Assembly: GCF_001194135.2 (NCBI RefSeq) | Contig: NC_068984.1 | Location: 45,051,910-45,085,297, forward strand | Reading direction: 5' to 3' | DNA from: Octopus bimaculoides | Taxonomy: Eukaryota | DNA length: 33,388 bases | Shown here: piece by piece, positions 33,308-33,388 of the stretch | Layout: each line of letters begins with the position of its first letter | Numbering within the stretch: the stretch's first letter is position 1 | The notes under the pieces: generated by a model | Database searches by the model: none | The model's input: the letters and a program-made list of their open reading frames with translations, nothing else | What the model was told of the DNA's origin: nothing | Made by a program: the position numbers and the translations under genes

Positions 33308-33388
<81 letters not shown>
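33305..33388. repeat. (CA)n microsatellite at the window end
   Basis: Direct inspection. Confidence 0.9.

Overview
Repeat-rich, AT-rich metazoan DNA from a gapped short-read assembly. About 4.3 kb is N, and most large gaps are bounded by microsatellites. The SINE families and microsatellite spectrum look like Octopus; this is inferred from recognising the repeats, not from a search. I find no supportable host protein-coding exon, tRNA, rRNA or CRISPR array, and most supplied ORFs are N-gap or microsatellite artefacts. The window holds three tRNA-headed SINE families (A, B, C; about 17 copies or fragments) and a decayed 1.4-kb HERO-clade RLE retrotransposon 3' end (11086-12530). It also holds an L1/Tx1 fragment, R4/Dong-like RLE fragments tied to (CATA)n or (TAA)n tracts, two Tc1/mariner remnants, a Penelope GIY-YIG fragment, several inverted repeats and a degenerate minisatellite. 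The least-explained signal is a set of self-cleaving-ribozyme-like motifs. There are several minimal type I hammerhead remnants (best at 29808-29848, minus strand), a candidate non-circularly permuted hammerhead in the HERO 3' UTR (12426-12496), and an HDV-like remnant inside SINE A. All are by-eye predictions with core or stem defects and need computational and biochemical testing.
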